In this document: piece by piece, positions 37,000-47,574 of the stretch
How positions within the stretch are numbered: the first letter of the stretch is position 1
Layout of the letters: every line of letters starts with the position of its first letter
Source of the DNA: Phycisphaerae bacterium
Lineage (GTDB): Bacteria; Planctomycetota; Phycisphaerae; UBA1845; Fen-1342
DNA: 64,000 nucleotides
Reading direction: 5' to 3'
Assembly: GCA_050115495.1 (NCBI GenBank)
Contig: JASFQK010000016.1
Span: 1-64,000 of the forward strand
The notes under the pieces: model-generated
Database searches by the model: none
What the model was told of the DNA's origin: nothing
The model's input: only the letters and a program-made list of their open reading frames with translations
Translations under genes and position numbers: made by a program

Positions 37000-37239
37000 A
37001 TGAAGACGCGCTGCGAGTGCCGTGGTCTGTCGTTCGTCGGGCTGATGAAGTACGCCCGGCGGCATGGGATCACCACGCTGGAGGAGCTCATGAAGGCCAC
37101 CGGTGCCGGGACGGGATGCGGCACGTGTCGGCCGTATCTGGAGGAGCTCTTGAAGTCGGGCAAGCTGCGCGTTGGTGATGTGCTGATCGACCTGCCGGTG
37201 GATGATCCGCCGGCGAGCCCGTCGGAATCGCCGGAGTGA
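37000..37239 (+). CDS. BFD-like [2Fe-2S]-binding protein
   Basis: CxC...GAGTGCGTCRP motif. Confidence 0.85.
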   Translation: MKTRCECRGLSFVGLMKYARRHGITTLEELMKATGAGTGCGTCRPYLEELLKSGKLRVGDVLIDLPVDDPPASPSESPE

Positions 37240-37339
37240 GCGGTGATGTGGCAGGGAGGGTCCCTCGTTTGACCGTCATGGAGGGGCCGGCTACGCTGAT
37301 GAAGCGTTTGTGTGCGTGAGAAGAGGTATACAGCCGCCC

Positions 37340-38986
37340 GTGAGCCGTAAGTCCGCCAACGCCCGTTCAACCGCCCCGGCCAAGGATGCCGCTCGCGCCG
37401 GCAAGGAGCCGCTCCTCGAGCAGCTCTCGTCGTTCGTGGGGTTCTTCGTGTACCTGCTGGTGCTGAAGAGCTTCTTCCTGCCGCTGTTCATCATCCCGAC
37501 GGGGTCGATGGCGGAGACGCTCTACGGCGAGCACGCGACGCACACGTGTCCGAACTGCGGCACGGAGTACGCGGTTTCGCTGCCGTTGCGGATACCCGTG
37601 TTGCAGTGTCCGAATTGTCGCTGGCGGGAGAACGTGCCGTCGGACATCGGGCTCGACAAGCTCGAGGCCGCCGGCATGGCGCCCGACGCGACGTTGCGCG
37701 AGGCGCTGCACCCGCGGGCCGGCGACCGCATCATGGTGCACGGCTGGCCCTACGTGCTCGGCGGGTTCTTCGCCCCCGAGCGGTGGGAAGTCGTCGTCTT
37801 CAAGGTCCCCACCGAGGGTCAGACGAACTACATCAAGCGGCTCATCGGCCTGCCGGGCGAGACTATCGAGATCATCGACGGCGACATCTTCGTCACGCCG
37901 CCCGAGGGAGGCGAGGCGCGCATCGCCCGCAAGCCGGCACACGCGCAGCGGTCGCTGTGGTTCCCATACTACAACCACGATCATCCGGCCCGCGTGCCGG
38001 CGGCTGGCGGCCGGTTTTACCCGCGCTGGGTCGCCTCCGGGGGCGGTGACGGCTGGCAGCATGTCGAGACCCGCCGGCCGGCGTTCGATGGCCGCGATGG
38101 CGAAGGCGAGATCCTGTTCGTGACCGACCCGCGCTCCGTGACGCAGCCCGGCGAGGTCGCCGACGTTTATGGTTACGACGGTCCGATCGCCACTCATGTC
38201 GTCAGTGACGCCCGGCTGAGCTGCACGCTGAAGGTCGAGGCGGGCAGCGAGGGCGGCTACGTCGAGCTGCGCAGCTCGAAGTACACCGACCAGTTCTCTG
38301 CCCGTTTCCACGTGGGGGCGGATGGCCGACTGACGCGCGTGACGCTGGGTCGGGCGACGGCGCCCGGCGGCTCGCCCGAGATCTGGGCCGAGGCGGACGT
38401 TCCCGCCGGCACGCCTGACGAAGTGACCGTTGCCCTCGGCATCGCCGACTACCGCGTCAGCGTCGAGGTCGACGGCCGGCCGCTGATCGTGACCGAGCCG
38501 TCGTTGTATGACGTCACGCCCGAGCAGGCGCGGGCTCGCTCGGCCAGCCCCACGTCCCCGCGGCTGGCGGTCGCCGCCCGCGGCGTGAAGGTCACGCTGG
38601 ATCACCTGCTCATCGAGCGCGACGTGTATTACACGAGCAACCTCCCCAGCGGGCACGGGCAGGAGGCCGACTTCGGCACGCAGGGCCACGCCATCACGCT
38701 GCGTGACAACGAATGCTACGTGCTCGGCGACAACAGCCCGGCCAGTCTCGATTCACGCTATTCCTTCGCCCAGGGCAAGGACGATCCCGTGGGGCCACAC
38801 CTGAAGGACGCCTACGCTCAGGGCGAGTACCACCGGGGCACCGTGCCGACCGACCAGCTCATCGGCCCCGCCTTCCTCGTTTACTGGCCCGGCACCGACG
38901 CGTTGCTGCCGGACCGCTACTTGCCGCAGTGGCTGCGCCTGTTGAACCAGTTGCCCGGCCCCGGGCGCATCCGCTGGATTCACTAG
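37340..38986 (+). CDS. lepB: signal peptidase I with zinc-ribbon and large insertion
   Basis: PTGSM catalytic Ser, YIKRLIGLPGE catalytic Lys, GDNSPASLDSR; two CPNC motifs. Confidence 0.9.
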   Translation: MSRKSANARSTAPAKDAARAGKEPLLEQLSSFVGFFVYLLVLKSFFLPLFIIPTGSMAETLYGEHATHTCPNCGTEYAVSLPLRIPVLQCPNCRWRENVPSDIGLDKLEAAGMAPDATLREALHPRAGDRIMVHGWPYVLGGFFAPERWEVVVFKVPTEGQTNYIKRLIGLPGETIEIIDGDIFVTPPEGGEARIARKPAHAQRSLWFPYYNHDHPARVPAAGGRFYPRWVASGGGDGWQHVETRRPAFDGRDGEGEILFVTDPRSVTQPGEVADVYGYDGPIATHVVSDARLSCTLKVEAGSEGGYVELRSSKYTDQFSARFHVGADGRLTRVTLGRATAPGGSPEIWAEADVPAGTPDEVTVALGIADYRVSVEVDGRPLIVTEPSLYDVTPEQARARSASPTSPRLAVAARGVKVTLDHLLIERDVYYTSNLPSGHGQEADFGTQGHAITLRDNECYVLGDNSPASLDSRYSFAQGKDDPVGPHLKDAYAQGEYHRGTVPTDQLIGPAFLVYWPGTDALLPDRYLPQWLRLLNQLPGPGRIRWIH

Positions 38987-39016
38987 GCCTGGTACCGGCG
39001 GGCGAACAAGGCGACG

Positions 39017-40498
39017 TTGTTGAGCGACACCGGCCATCCGACAGACCGTCACGAGACACCGGCCCGCGCGCCGGTCCGGCCGCCCGCTTCCCCCTCGACG
39101 GCGCTCCAGGTCATCGAAACGGTGGAGACGGTCCTCACCGCCCTGATGCTGGCGTTCATTTTCCGTGCGTTCCTGGTCGAGGCCTTCATCATCCCGACGG
39201 GATCGATGGCACATTCGTTGCTCGGGGCCCACGCCACACGCACGTGCCCGACGTGCGGCTGGGAGTTTGACTACGAGGTCGATGGTCAGCCGCTGTGTCC
39301 CAACTGCCACCAGCGTCTCGCGGACGAGCATCCGGTCCGCAAGGACGGCGACCGCATCCTCGTGCACAAGTGGCCGTTCGCGATCGGCGGTTTCCTTGCG
39401 CCTCGGCGCTGGGACGTCATCGTCTTTCGCAGCCCCGCTAACCCGTCGGAGAACTTCATCAAGCGGCTGGTCGGGCTGCCGGGCGAGACGCTCGAGGTCG
39501 TCGACGGGGACCTGTACATCGACGGTCGGATCCAGCGCAAGCCGCAGGCGGTGCAGAGCGTGCTGTGGTTCGTGGTCTTTGACCAAGGGCATTTCCCGGA
39601 GGGGGACGCGGCGTCGCCGCGCTGGTTGTGCGAAACCGCGCCAGAGGACGTGGGTGGGGGATGGACGGGAAACCAGACCCGAATTATCCACTACGGCGGC
39701 ACGGACGCGGTCGAGCGTCGGCTGCGATTTGCGCCGGCGGATGTCCGCTATTTCCAGGATGTGTACGCCTACAACCGCGGGCCGACGCTCGAAGACACGC
39801 CTTTCGTTGGCGACATGCGGATGGAGGCGGAGGTGGTCTTCGACGGCGGCGACGGCGCGATGCAGTGGGTGATCGTTCACGACGGCACGCGCTTCACCGC
39901 CGAGCTGCACCGCGACGGTGAGCTTTCGCTGACGATGGGTAGGGGTTTGCGTGGCGAAGCGCACAACGTCGATTCGACGAATGTGCCGCGGTTTGTCGCC
40001 GGTCGGCCGTACCTGGTGGAATTCGGACACCTCGATTATCGCGTGTATTTGAGCGTGGATGGCGAGGAACGGCTGACGACGCGCGACACGGATTACACGC
40101 CGCCGGACATCGCTCGCCGCCACATGAGACGAACCGCGCCACTGGACTTGTCGATCGCCGCCAACTCGCTCGAGTTCGAGCTGCGTGGCTTGCGCGTGGA
40201 TCGCGACGTGTACTACACGGAGCGCGCGGGCTACGCGCGGCGGGGGACGGCCGGCTTGCCGTTCGTGTTGCGGGATGACGAGTACTTCGTTCTCGGCGAC
40301 AACAGCCCGGGCAGCCGCGACAGCCGGGAGTGGACGGAAGCGGGCCCGCACCTGCCGGCGGGTTATCGGCCGGGGACGGTGCGTGGGGACCAGATTGTGG
40401 GGCCGGCGGCGCTGGTGTATCTTCCGGGGCTGCTGCCGATTGATGCGGCGGGCCGGTGGCGGTTACCGGACGTGGGCAGCGTGCGTTTCGTTCGCTGA
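39017..40498 (+). CDS. lepB: signal peptidase I paralogue
   Basis: IPTGSM, FIKRLVGLPGE, GDNSPGSRDSR; CPTC and CPNC. Confidence 0.9.
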   Translation: MLSDTGHPTDRHETPARAPVRPPASPSTALQVIETVETVLTALMLAFIFRAFLVEAFIIPTGSMAHSLLGAHATRTCPTCGWEFDYEVDGQPLCPNCHQRLADEHPVRKDGDRILVHKWPFAIGGFLAPRRWDVIVFRSPANPSENFIKRLVGLPGETLEVVDGDLYIDGRIQRKPQAVQSVLWFVVFDQGHFPEGDAASPRWLCETAPEDVGGGWTGNQTRIIHYGGTDAVERRLRFAPADVRYFQDVYAYNRGPTLEDTPFVGDMRMEAEVVFDGGDGAMQWVIVHDGTRFTAELHRDGELSLTMGRGLRGEAHNVDSTNVPRFVAGRPYLVEFGHLDYRVYLSVDGEERLTTRDTDYTPPDIARRHMRRTAPLDLSIAANSLEFELRGLRVDRDVYYTERAGYARRGTAGLPFVLRDDEYFVLGDNSPGSRDSREWTEAGPHLPAGYRPGTVRGDQIVGPAALVYLPGLLPIDAAGRWRLPDVGSVRFVR

Positions 40499-40519
40499 TG
40501 TGCCGGCGTTCCGGGCGTG

Positions 40520-40764
40520 TTTTCAACATCGACTGCCCAGTCCTGAGGCCGCGGTCGGTCCGCAGCCCGGAGGAACCGGAGACAGGGCTTTCGGAATGTC
40601 TTCATGGGGCGCTTACGGAACGTAAGTTGTTTATTTTCAATGTCGTGCGCGATTGTGTATGAAAAGTGTGTGGTTAGATATGGGACATAAGGGTGTGAAT
40701 CGGGCAGTACGGGCCAACAGCAGACGAGAGCCACACTTGCGCACGTATCAACAACTTGTCCACA
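40520..40764. promoter_or_regulatory. AT-richer intergenic cluster of IHF-like and DnaA-box-like sites
   Basis: IHF consensus TATCAACAACTTG (40746-40758) and a near match at 40623-40635; 9-mers TTGTCCACA, TCATACACA(-), CTAACCACA(-), CGATTCACA(-), GTATCAACA, TTTTCAACA. Confidence 0.45.
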
Positions 40765-40798
40765 ATTCCGCGGTCGCGGCCGCCAAGGAAGCCTTGAC

Positions 40799-41545
40799 AT
40801 GCTGCTAACGGTCGAGAATCTCGTGAAGTCCTATAATGGCCGCACTGTCGTCAACCACGTCAGTTACTGCGTCGACGAGCGCGAGATCGTTGGTTTGCTC
40901 GGTCCGAACGGTGCGGGGAAGACCACCAGCTTTCGTATGACCGTGGGCATGATCACGCCCGATGGCGGTAAGGTGCGGTTCGACGAGCGGGATATCACGT
41001 CGCTGCCCATGTACAAGCGGGCCCGCCGGGGGATCGGCTATCTCTCGCAGGAACCGAGCGTCTTTCAGCGGCTGACCGTCGAGGAAAACCTGATGGCGAT
41101 CTGCGAGACGCTGCGCGCCTCGCGACGCCAGCGGCGGGCGCGGGTGGAGGAGCTGCTCGAGCAGTTCGGGCTCGCCATCGTGCGGAAGAACCTGGCGAAA
41201 AACGTCTCCGGTGGCGAGCGGCGGAAGTTGGAGATCGCTCGAGCACTGCTGACCGAGCCGCGGCTGATCCTGCTGGACGAGCCGTTCAGCGGCGTGGATC
41301 CGCGGGCGGTCGAAGAGCTGCGCCATGAGATTCTGAAGCTGCGCGAGAGCGGTATCGCCATTCTGCTGACCGACCACAACGTGCATGAAACGTTGCGGGT
41401 GACGGACCGCAGTTACGTGATTCACGAGGGCAGCGTGATCAGCGCGGGGCCGCCCAGCCAGTTGGTCAACGACCCGCGGGTACGCGAGACGTACCTGGGC
41501 AACACGTTCCGCGGCGACGAGTTTGGACCCCCCGATGCTCAATGA
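40799..41545 (+). CDS. lptB: LPS export ABC transporter ATP-binding protein
   Basis: GPNGAGKTT, GYLSQEPSVF, SGGERRKLEIAR, LLDEPF, TDHNV. Confidence 0.93.
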   Translation: MLLTVENLVKSYNGRTVVNHVSYCVDEREIVGLLGPNGAGKTTSFRMTVGMITPDGGKVRFDERDITSLPMYKRARRGIGYLSQEPSVFQRLTVEENLMAICETLRASRRQRRARVEELLEQFGLAIVRKNLAKNVSGGERRKLEIARALLTEPRLILLDEPFSGVDPRAVEELRHEILKLRESGIAILLTDHNVHETLRVTDRSYVIHEGSVISAGPPSQLVNDPRVRETYLGNTFRGDEFGPPDAQ

Positions 41546-41837
41546 ACCCGATCTGTTCGAGGTGATCGAGCATGAGGGTGGGGTGGAATTCCACGTTAAG
41601 GTGGTGCCCGGGGCCTCCCGCACGCGGGTGATGGGACTGTGGGGCACGGCGCTGAAGGTGGCCGTGGCGGCTCCGCCCGAGGGCGGGAAGGCCAATGCGG
41701 CGGTCGTGGCTCTGCTGGCGAAAACGCTGGAGGTGAGCCGCGGGGCGGTGCGGATCGTCTCCGGCCAGACCCAGCCGCGGAAGCGCGTGTCGGTGGCCGG
41801 ATTGACGGCCGAGGCGGTCCGAGAACGGCTACCCTGA
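41535..41837 (+). CDS. DUF167 (YggU-like) protein
   Basis: VKVVPGASR, APPEGGKAN, IVSGQT. Confidence 0.88.
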   Translation: MLNEPDLFEVIEHEGGVEFHVKVVPGASRTRVMGLWGTALKVAVAAPPEGGKANAAVVALLAKTLEVSRGAVRIVSGQTQPRKRVSVAGLTAEAVRERLP

Positions 41838-41941
41838 GCACGTCGCGAGGCCAGCGGGCAGGCCGCTGGTAATCCCTAGGGGGGGGAGTGGAGTTGAAAT
41901 CGTACCTGCCCGATGCTATATTCTCAAGCGGAGGCGAGCCT

Positions 41942-42403
41942 ATGCTGGCGCTGACGAAAAAATCGGAATACGCGCTGGTGGCTGCGTGCCACATGGCCCG
42001 GCTGGGTGAGCGCGTCGTGAGCGCCCGCGAGATCGCCGAGCAGCAGGATGTTCCGCTACCGCTGCTAATGAATGTCCTGAAGAAGCTGAACCAGGCCGGG
42101 CAGATTCGGTCTGTGCGCGGGGCCCGGGGCGGCTACAGCCTGTGTGTGCCGCCGGCGGAGCTGTCGCTGGCGGCTATTATCGAGGCGGTGGAAGGCCCGG
42201 TGCACCTGGTGAGCTGCGTCGCCGGCGCGAGCAACGCGCGGCGTGTATGCCCGCGGATGGCCAAGTGCGCCCTGCGGCGGCCGGTGCGGAAGATCCACGA
42301 TCGGCTGATGGAATTCCTGATGAACGTCACCGTGGCAGACCTGGCGTTTGACGCGGATTACGGTGAACGCCGCGGCGCGGGTGAGAAGGCGATGGCACAA
42401 TGA
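41942..42403 (+). CDS. iscR: Rrf2 family regulator (IscR-like)
   Basis: [16 protein letters not shown], three C-terminal Cys; first gene of the isc cluster. Confidence 0.8.
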   Translation: MLALTKKSEYALVAACHMARLGERVVSAREIAEQQDVPLPLLMNVLKKLNQAGQIRSVRGARGGYSLCVPPAELSLAAIIEAVEGPVHLVSCVAGASNARRVCPRMAKCALRRPVRKIHDRLMEFLMNVTVADLAFDADYGERRGAGEKAMAQ

Positions 42404-43611
42404 GAAGAGTGTACCTGGACAACAACGCCACGACGGCCGTGGACCCCCACGTGCTGGAGGTGATGTTGCCCTATTTCTGTGAGAAGTTCGGGAACGCGGC
42501 TTCGCGCAGCCACAGCTTCGGGTGGGAGGCGGAGGAGGCGGTCAGCCGCGGCCGTGAGCAGATTGCCGACGTGATCGGGGCCGACGCGAAGGAGATCATC
42601 TTCACGAGCGGGGCCACCGAGGGGAACAACATCGCCCTGAAGGGTGTGGCGGCGATGTACGGCGAGCGCGGCAAGCACATCATCACGCAGGTCACCGAGC
42701 ACAAGGCGGTGCTGGACCCGTGCGGCTGGCTCGAACAGCACGGTTTCCGCGTCACGTACCTGCCGGTGGACAAGGAAGGGCGGATCGATCTCAACCAACT
42801 GGCCGACGCCATGGCGGAGGACACGATCCTCGTCTCGATCATGCACGGGAACAACGAGATCGGTACCGTGCAGCCGATCGGCGAGATCGGCCGGATGTGC
42901 AAGGAGCGGGGCATCCTGTTCCACACGGATACGTGCCAGACGTTCGGCAAGCTGCCGATCGACGTCCAGGCCATGGGTATCGACCTGCTGACGTGCAGCG
43001 CCCACAAGATTCACGGGCCGAAGGGCATCGGGGCGCTCTACGTGCGGCGGAGGAATCCGCGGGTTCGCTGCGAGGCGGTGCTGCACGGCGGCGGCCACGA
43101 GCGGGGCATGCGCTCCGGTACGCTGAACGTGCCGGGGATTGTCGGCCTGGGCGAGGCGGCGGTGCTGTGTAAGCAGCATATGGATACGGAACCGGCGCAG
43201 ATGGCGGCGTTGCGGGACCGGTTACGGGACGGGCTGCTGAAGGAACTGGATGCCGTCCAGGTCAACGGCCACCTGACCGAGCGCACGCCGAGCAACCTGA
43301 ATATCTCCTTCGCCTACGTCGAAGGCGAGAGCATGATGATGGGGGTCAATGAGATCGCGGTGTCGAGCGGGTCGGCGTGCACGAGTGCGTCGCTGGAGCC
43401 GAGCTACGTGCTGCGGGCGCTGGGCGTGGGGGACGACCTGGCCCACAGCAGCATCCGGTTCTCGCTGGGGCGCTTCAACACGCAGGAAGAGATCGACTAC
43501 ACGATCGAGCGGGTCGTCGGCGAGGTTCGCCGGCTGCGAGCGATGAGTCCGCTGTACGAAATGGCCCGCGAGGGGGTGGATCTATCCAAGGTACAATGGG
43601 CCGGACATTAG
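42400..43611 (+). CDS. iscS: cysteine desulfurase
   Basis: [46 protein letters not shown]. Confidence 0.95.
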   Translation: MRRVYLDNNATTAVDPHVLEVMLPYFCEKFGNAASRSHSFGWEAEEAVSRGREQIADVIGADAKEIIFTSGATEGNNIALKGVAAMYGERGKHIITQVTEHKAVLDPCGWLEQHGFRVTYLPVDKEGRIDLNQLADAMAEDTILVSIMHGNNEIGTVQPIGEIGRMCKERGILFHTDTCQTFGKLPIDVQAMGIDLLTCSAHKIHGPKGIGALYVRRRNPRVRCEAVLHGGGHERGMRSGTLNVPGIVGLGEAAVLCKQHMDTEPAQMAALRDRLRDGLLKELDAVQVNGHLTERTPSNLNISFAYVEGESMMMGVNEIAVSSGSACTSASLEPSYVLRALGVGDDLAHSSIRFSLGRFNTQEEIDYTIERVVGEVRRLRAMSPLYEMAREGVDLSKVQWAGH

Positions 43612-43651
43612 CGGCATCGCCGGGAGCGGCGCGGGCCGCAGGAGTACGTTG

Positions 43652-44059
43652 ATGGCTTACAGTGAGAAGATCATCGACCACTACCGGAATCCGCGGAACG
43701 TCGGTTCGCTGGATCGGTCCGACGCCAACGTGGGTACGGGCATCGTCGGGGCGCCCGAGTGCGGCGACGTGATGAAGCTCCAGATCCAGGTCGATGAGAA
43801 CAACAACATCGTGGACGCCAAGTTCAAGACGTTCGGCTGCGGGTCGGCGATCGCTTCGAGCTCGCTGGCGACGGAGTGGTTGAAGGGGCGGTCGCTGGAC
43901 GAGGCGATGGAGATCAAGAATACGGACATCGTGCGGGAGCTGGCGCTGCCGCCGGTGAAGATCCATTGCAGCGTGCTGGCCGAGGACGCGATTCGGGCGG
44001 CCGTCGAGGATCTGAAGAGCAAGAAGAGCGGTGAAACCAGCAAGGCCAAGGCCGGTTAA
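43652..44059 (+). CDS. iscU: Fe-S cluster scaffold
   Basis: GAPECGD, KTFGCGSAIAS, LPPVKIHC. Confidence 0.95.
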   Translation: MAYSEKIIDHYRNPRNVGSLDRSDANVGTGIVGAPECGDVMKLQIQVDENNNIVDAKFKTFGCGSAIASSSLATEWLKGRSLDEAMEIKNTDIVRELALPPVKIHCSVLAEDAIRAAVEDLKSKKSGETSKAKAG

Positions 44060-44087
44060 GTCGTGGCCCGAGAGGAGTAGGACGTTC

Positions 44088-44504
44088 ATGAACGATGCGC
44101 AGCAGCAAGCCGCCGGCTCGTCCGCCCGGCAACGAGCGCAGTCGCCGGCGGAGGGGCAGGGGATCCGGTTGACGGAGAAGGCCGCCGGTCAGATCCGGGC
44201 TATTCTCGACAAGGAGAGCCTGCCGGAGACGATGTACCTGTACGTCGGCGTGAAGGGCGGCGGGTGCAGCGGGTTGCAATACGTGCTGGACCTGCGTGAC
44301 GAAACCCAGGCGCCGGCTGCCGAGACGGACGAGGTGTTCCTCTCGCAGGACATCATGATCGTCTGTGACCTGAAGAGCTTCGTGGCCGGCAACCTGGCCG
44401 GGACGACGATCGACTATCAGGACGGTCTGATGGGCGCCGGCTTCATCTTCAATAACCCCAACGCAAAGCATCAATGCGGCTGCGGGGCGAGCTACTCGGC
44501 CTGA
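44088..44504 (+). CDS. iscA: A-type Fe-S carrier
   Basis: GGGCSGLQY, NPNA...CGCGAS. Confidence 0.9.
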   Translation: MNDAQQQAAGSSARQRAQSPAEGQGIRLTEKAAGQIRAILDKESLPETMYLYVGVKGGGCSGLQYVLDLRDETQAPAAETDEVFLSQDIMIVCDLKSFVAGNLAGTTIDYQDGLMGAGFIFNNPNAKHQCGCGASYSA

Positions 44505-44562
44505 CCGAGCCGGCTGGATCGGCGTCGGCGCTGGGCCGGACCCCGCAGAGGAAGGGGCAGCA

Positions 44563-45180
44563 ATGTCCACCGAAACGCCGCTCGGACGGAAGGCCATGCC
44601 GGCCAAGTGCCGGAGCTGTAACCGGCCGATGTACAGCCCGCTGTTCTGTGCGGATTGCCGGACGCTGCATCCGGCGGAGGGGGTCGACCATTTTGCGCTG
44701 CTGGGCGTGTCGGCGAGCTACGACCTCGATCCGGCCGAGTTGCGACAGGCGTACCTGCACTGCTCACGCGACATCCACCCGGACCGGCATGGGGAATGTG
44801 CAGCCGATGCGGCCCTGAGCATGCGATCGAGCGCTCGGCTGAACGAGGCGTACCGCGTGCTGAACGATCCGGTGCTGCGGGCGGAATACCTGCTGGAGCT
44901 GGCCGGTGGGGCGTCTTCCGCCGAGGACAAGAGCGTTCCGGAGGGGGTGCTGGCGCAGGTGCTGATTCTCCGCGAGGAGATCGAAGAAGCCCGGGCGGCG
45001 GGCGATGCGGTGACCCTGACGAACTACGTTCGGCAGGTGCACGAGTTGCACGAGGACGCGGTCGGCCGACTGGGTGACCTGGCTCGGCAGCTTCCCGGCA
45101 CGGAAGAGCTGCGCCAGTCGTTGCGGCAGACCTTGAACGCCGTCCGCTATTACCAGAAACTGCTGGAACAGATTCAGTAG
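44563..45180 (+). CDS. hscB: Fe-S co-chaperone HscB with N-terminal CxxC-CxxC
   Basis: J-domain HPD, LNEAYRVL, RAEYLL; position in operon. Confidence 0.9.
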   Translation: MSTETPLGRKAMPAKCRSCNRPMYSPLFCADCRTLHPAEGVDHFALLGVSASYDLDPAELRQAYLHCSRDIHPDRHGECAADAALSMRSSARLNEAYRVLNDPVLRAEYLLELAGGASSAEDKSVPEGVLAQVLILREEIEEARAAGDAVTLTNYVRQVHELHEDAVGRLGDLARQLPGTEELRQSLRQTLNAVRYYQKLLEQIQ

Positions 45181-45192
45181 GGCTTCGCCGGT

Positions 45193-47133
45193 ATGAGCGA
45201 CCGTGAGACCATCATCGGCATCGATCTAGGCACGACGTTCTCGCTCGTGGCTTACGCGGACGAGAGCGGTGCGCACGTGCTGCGGGATGAGAACGGCGAG
45301 GGGCGGCTGCCGTCGGTCATCGGCGTGGTTCCAGGGGAGGCCGGCGAGGCGCCGCGGGTGACGGTCGGTTGGCCGGCGCGGGAGCACGCCGTCGAGAACG
45401 CCCGTACGACTGTGTATTCGGTGAAGCGGCTGATCGGCAAGGGGATGGAGGACATCAGTCGGGAGCTGCCGTTCCTGAGCTACGCCGTGCAGGGCGGACC
45501 GCGGGACACGGTGCAGGTCGAGATCGACGGGCGGCGGTACACGCCGGAGGAGATCTCGTCGGTCGTGCTGCGCAATCTGCGGGAGCGGGCGGAGCAGCAG
45601 CTCGGCCGGCCGGTGCGCAAGGCGGTCGTTACGGTGCCGGCGTATTTCGACGATACGCAGCGGCAGGCGACGCGCGACGCCGGGCAGGCGGCGGGACTCG
45701 AAGTCGTTCGCATCGTCAACGAGCCGACGGCGGCGGCGCTCGCTTATGGGCTGGGGTTGCGGGGGCAGGCGGAGGAAGCTCCGCCGGCGCGGCCGACGGG
45801 TTCGTTCGCGTTGCCGACGGCGCAGTGTCCGTCGGGGGCCGATCGGCAGGGCGGCCGTGGCGGGGCCGGGCAGACCGTAGCCATCTACGACCTCGGTGGC
45901 GGGACGTTCGATGTATCGATCCTGCACATCGAGGAGGGGGTCTACCAGGTGCTGAGCACCGCCGGCGATACACATCTCGGCGGCGACGATTTCGACCGGG
46001 CCATCATCACGCTGGTGACGCATGAGGTGGCCGAGCAGTTCGGCGTGTCGATCGCTTCGCCGGCGGCCAAGCAGGCGCTGCGGAGTATGGCCGAAGCGGT
46101 GAAGATTCGGCTGGGCACGCAGGATCAGGCGGGGATCGAGCTCGATCTCGGTGAGGGACGCATCTACGAGCGGCGGATTACGCGGGACGAGTTCGAGGGG
46201 CTCGTGGGCGAACTCGTCGAGCGGACGCTGACGTTGTGCGCCCGGGCGCTGGCGGACGCCGGTCTGGGGGTGGGAGATCTGGATCGCGTCATTCTGGTGG
46301 GCGGGTCGACGCGGATGCCGCTGGTTCGCCGGCGCGTGGCGGAGCGTTTCGGCTGCGAGCCGTATACGGCGCTGAATCCGGACGAGGTCGTCGCGGTCGG
46401 GGCGGCGATTCAGGCGTCGATTTTGTCGGGGGCACATCCGGACATGCTGCTGCTCGACGTGATCCCGCTGTCGCTCGGTATCGAGACGATGGGCGGGGCG
46501 GTCGGCAAGCTCATCCTGCGGAACACGACGGTGCCCTGCCGGGCGACGGAGATGTTCACGACGTTCGTCGACGGGCAGACGGCGATCAAGCTGAACGTGC
46601 TCCAGGGCGAGCGCGAACTGGCCCGCGATTGCCGCAGTCTCGGCGAGTTCGAGCTGCGCGATCTGCCGCCGATGCCCGCCGGCATGCCCAAGGTGGAGGT
46701 CGAGTTTCTGGTCGATGCGAACGGTATTCTCGACGTGTCGGCGACGGAGCAGCGCAGCGGCCGCCGGGCGAGCATTCAAATCATGCCGAACCGCGGGCTG
46801 ACGCGGGCCGAGGTCGAGCAGATCACGCGGGAGAGCATCACGCATGCCCGCGAAGACATCGACGCTCATCGCCGCATCGACCTGGTGAACCAGGTGGCGT
46901 TCGATACGGCGAAGACGGAGCAGATGCTGGTGGCGGTGGGGGAGCGGCTCGAGCCGGGGGAGCGTCAGCGGATCGAAAAGGACATGGCCGATTTGCGGGC
47001 GCTGGCGCAGCAGGATTGCGATCTTGACGCGCTGCACGAGGCGTTGAGCGCGTTCGGCCGCAGCACGCTGCGTCTGGCCGAATTGGGCATTCGCGAAGCA
47101 CTGGTTCGGCCGGACAAGCCGGCGGCCGGCTAA
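45193..47133 (+). CDS. hscA: Hsp70-family Fe-S chaperone HscA
   Basis: GIDLGTT, TVPAYF, DLGGGTFDVS, LLLDVIPLSLGIETMGG; lies between hscB and fdx. Confidence 0.88.
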   Translation: MSDRETIIGIDLGTTFSLVAYADESGAHVLRDENGEGRLPSVIGVVPGEAGEAPRVTVGWPAREHAVENARTTVYSVKRLIGKGMEDISRELPFLSYAVQGGPRDTVQVEIDGRRYTPEEISSVVLRNLRERAEQQLGRPVRKAVVTVPAYFDDTQRQATRDAGQAAGLEVVRIVNEPTAAALAYGLGLRGQAEEAPPARPTGSFALPTAQCPSGADRQGGRGGAGQTVAIYDLGGGTFDVSILHIEEGVYQVLSTAGDTHLGGDDFDRAIITLVTHEVAEQFGVSIASPAAKQALRSMAEAVKIRLGTQDQAGIELDLGEGRIYERRITRDEFEGLVGELVERTLTLCARALADAGLGVGDLDRVILVGGSTRMPLVRRRVAERFGCEPYTALNPDEVVAVGAAIQASILSGAHPDMLLLDVIPLSLGIETMGGAVGKLILRNTTVPCRATEMFTTFVDGQTAIKLNVLQGERELARDCRSLGEFELRDLPPMPAGMPKVEVEFLVDANGILDVSATEQRSGRRASIQIMPNRGLTRAEVEQITRESITHAREDIDAHRRIDLVNQVAFDTAKTEQMLVAVGERLEPGERQRIEKDMADLRALAQQDCDLDALHEALSAFGRSTLRLAELGIREALVRPDKPAAG

Positions 47134-47144
47134 GGAGATACGTA

Positions 47145-47561
47145 GTGGGCGGACGTAATCCATACATCGACCAGCCCGACGCGCCGCTGCCGACGAAGAA
47201 GTACACGATCACATTCATTGATGAAGAGCAGCAGCGGCACGTGGTCGAGGTCGATCCGGCCAATCCGCCGGCGAAGGTGACGGGTCGGCCGGGGAGCATC
47301 TTGTCGATCGCGCTCGCCCAGGGCGTCGAGCTGGATCATGCGTGTGGCGGGGTTTGCGCGTGTGCAACATGCCACGTGGTCGTGCGGGAGGGGTACGATT
47401 CGTGCAGCGAGCCGACGGACGCCGAAGAGGACCAGCTTGACGAGGCGTACGGTCTGACGGCGCAGTCGCGGTTGGCGTGCCAGTGTGTGCCGAACGGGGA
47501 GGAGGATTTGGTGGTGGAGGTGCCGAGCTGGAATCGGAATAAGGTGCGGGAGGAGCATTGA
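47145..47561 (+). CDS. fdx: ISC-type [2Fe-2S] ferredoxin
   Basis: HACGGVCACATCHV, SRLACQ; AAGGAG SD. Confidence 0.92.
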   Translation: MGGRNPYIDQPDAPLPTKKYTITFIDEEQQRHVVEVDPANPPAKVTGRPGSILSIALAQGVELDHACGGVCACATCHVVVREGYDSCSEPTDAEEDQLDEAYGLTAQSRLACQCVPNGEEDLVVEVPSWNRNKVREEH

Positions 47562-47574
47562 GGGGGGGAGGGGG

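Noticed and set aside
37340..40498. Tandem large signal peptidases as a novelty
   Set aside because: This arrangement is, to my knowledge, common in planctomycetes; both catalytic dyads are intact.
45226..47163. Long antisense ORFs (this one, also 10495-12027, 12241-13884, 26710-28377, 62182-63900)
   Set aside because: Shadow frames of well-supported genes, expected in high-GC DNA, with no recognisable motifs.
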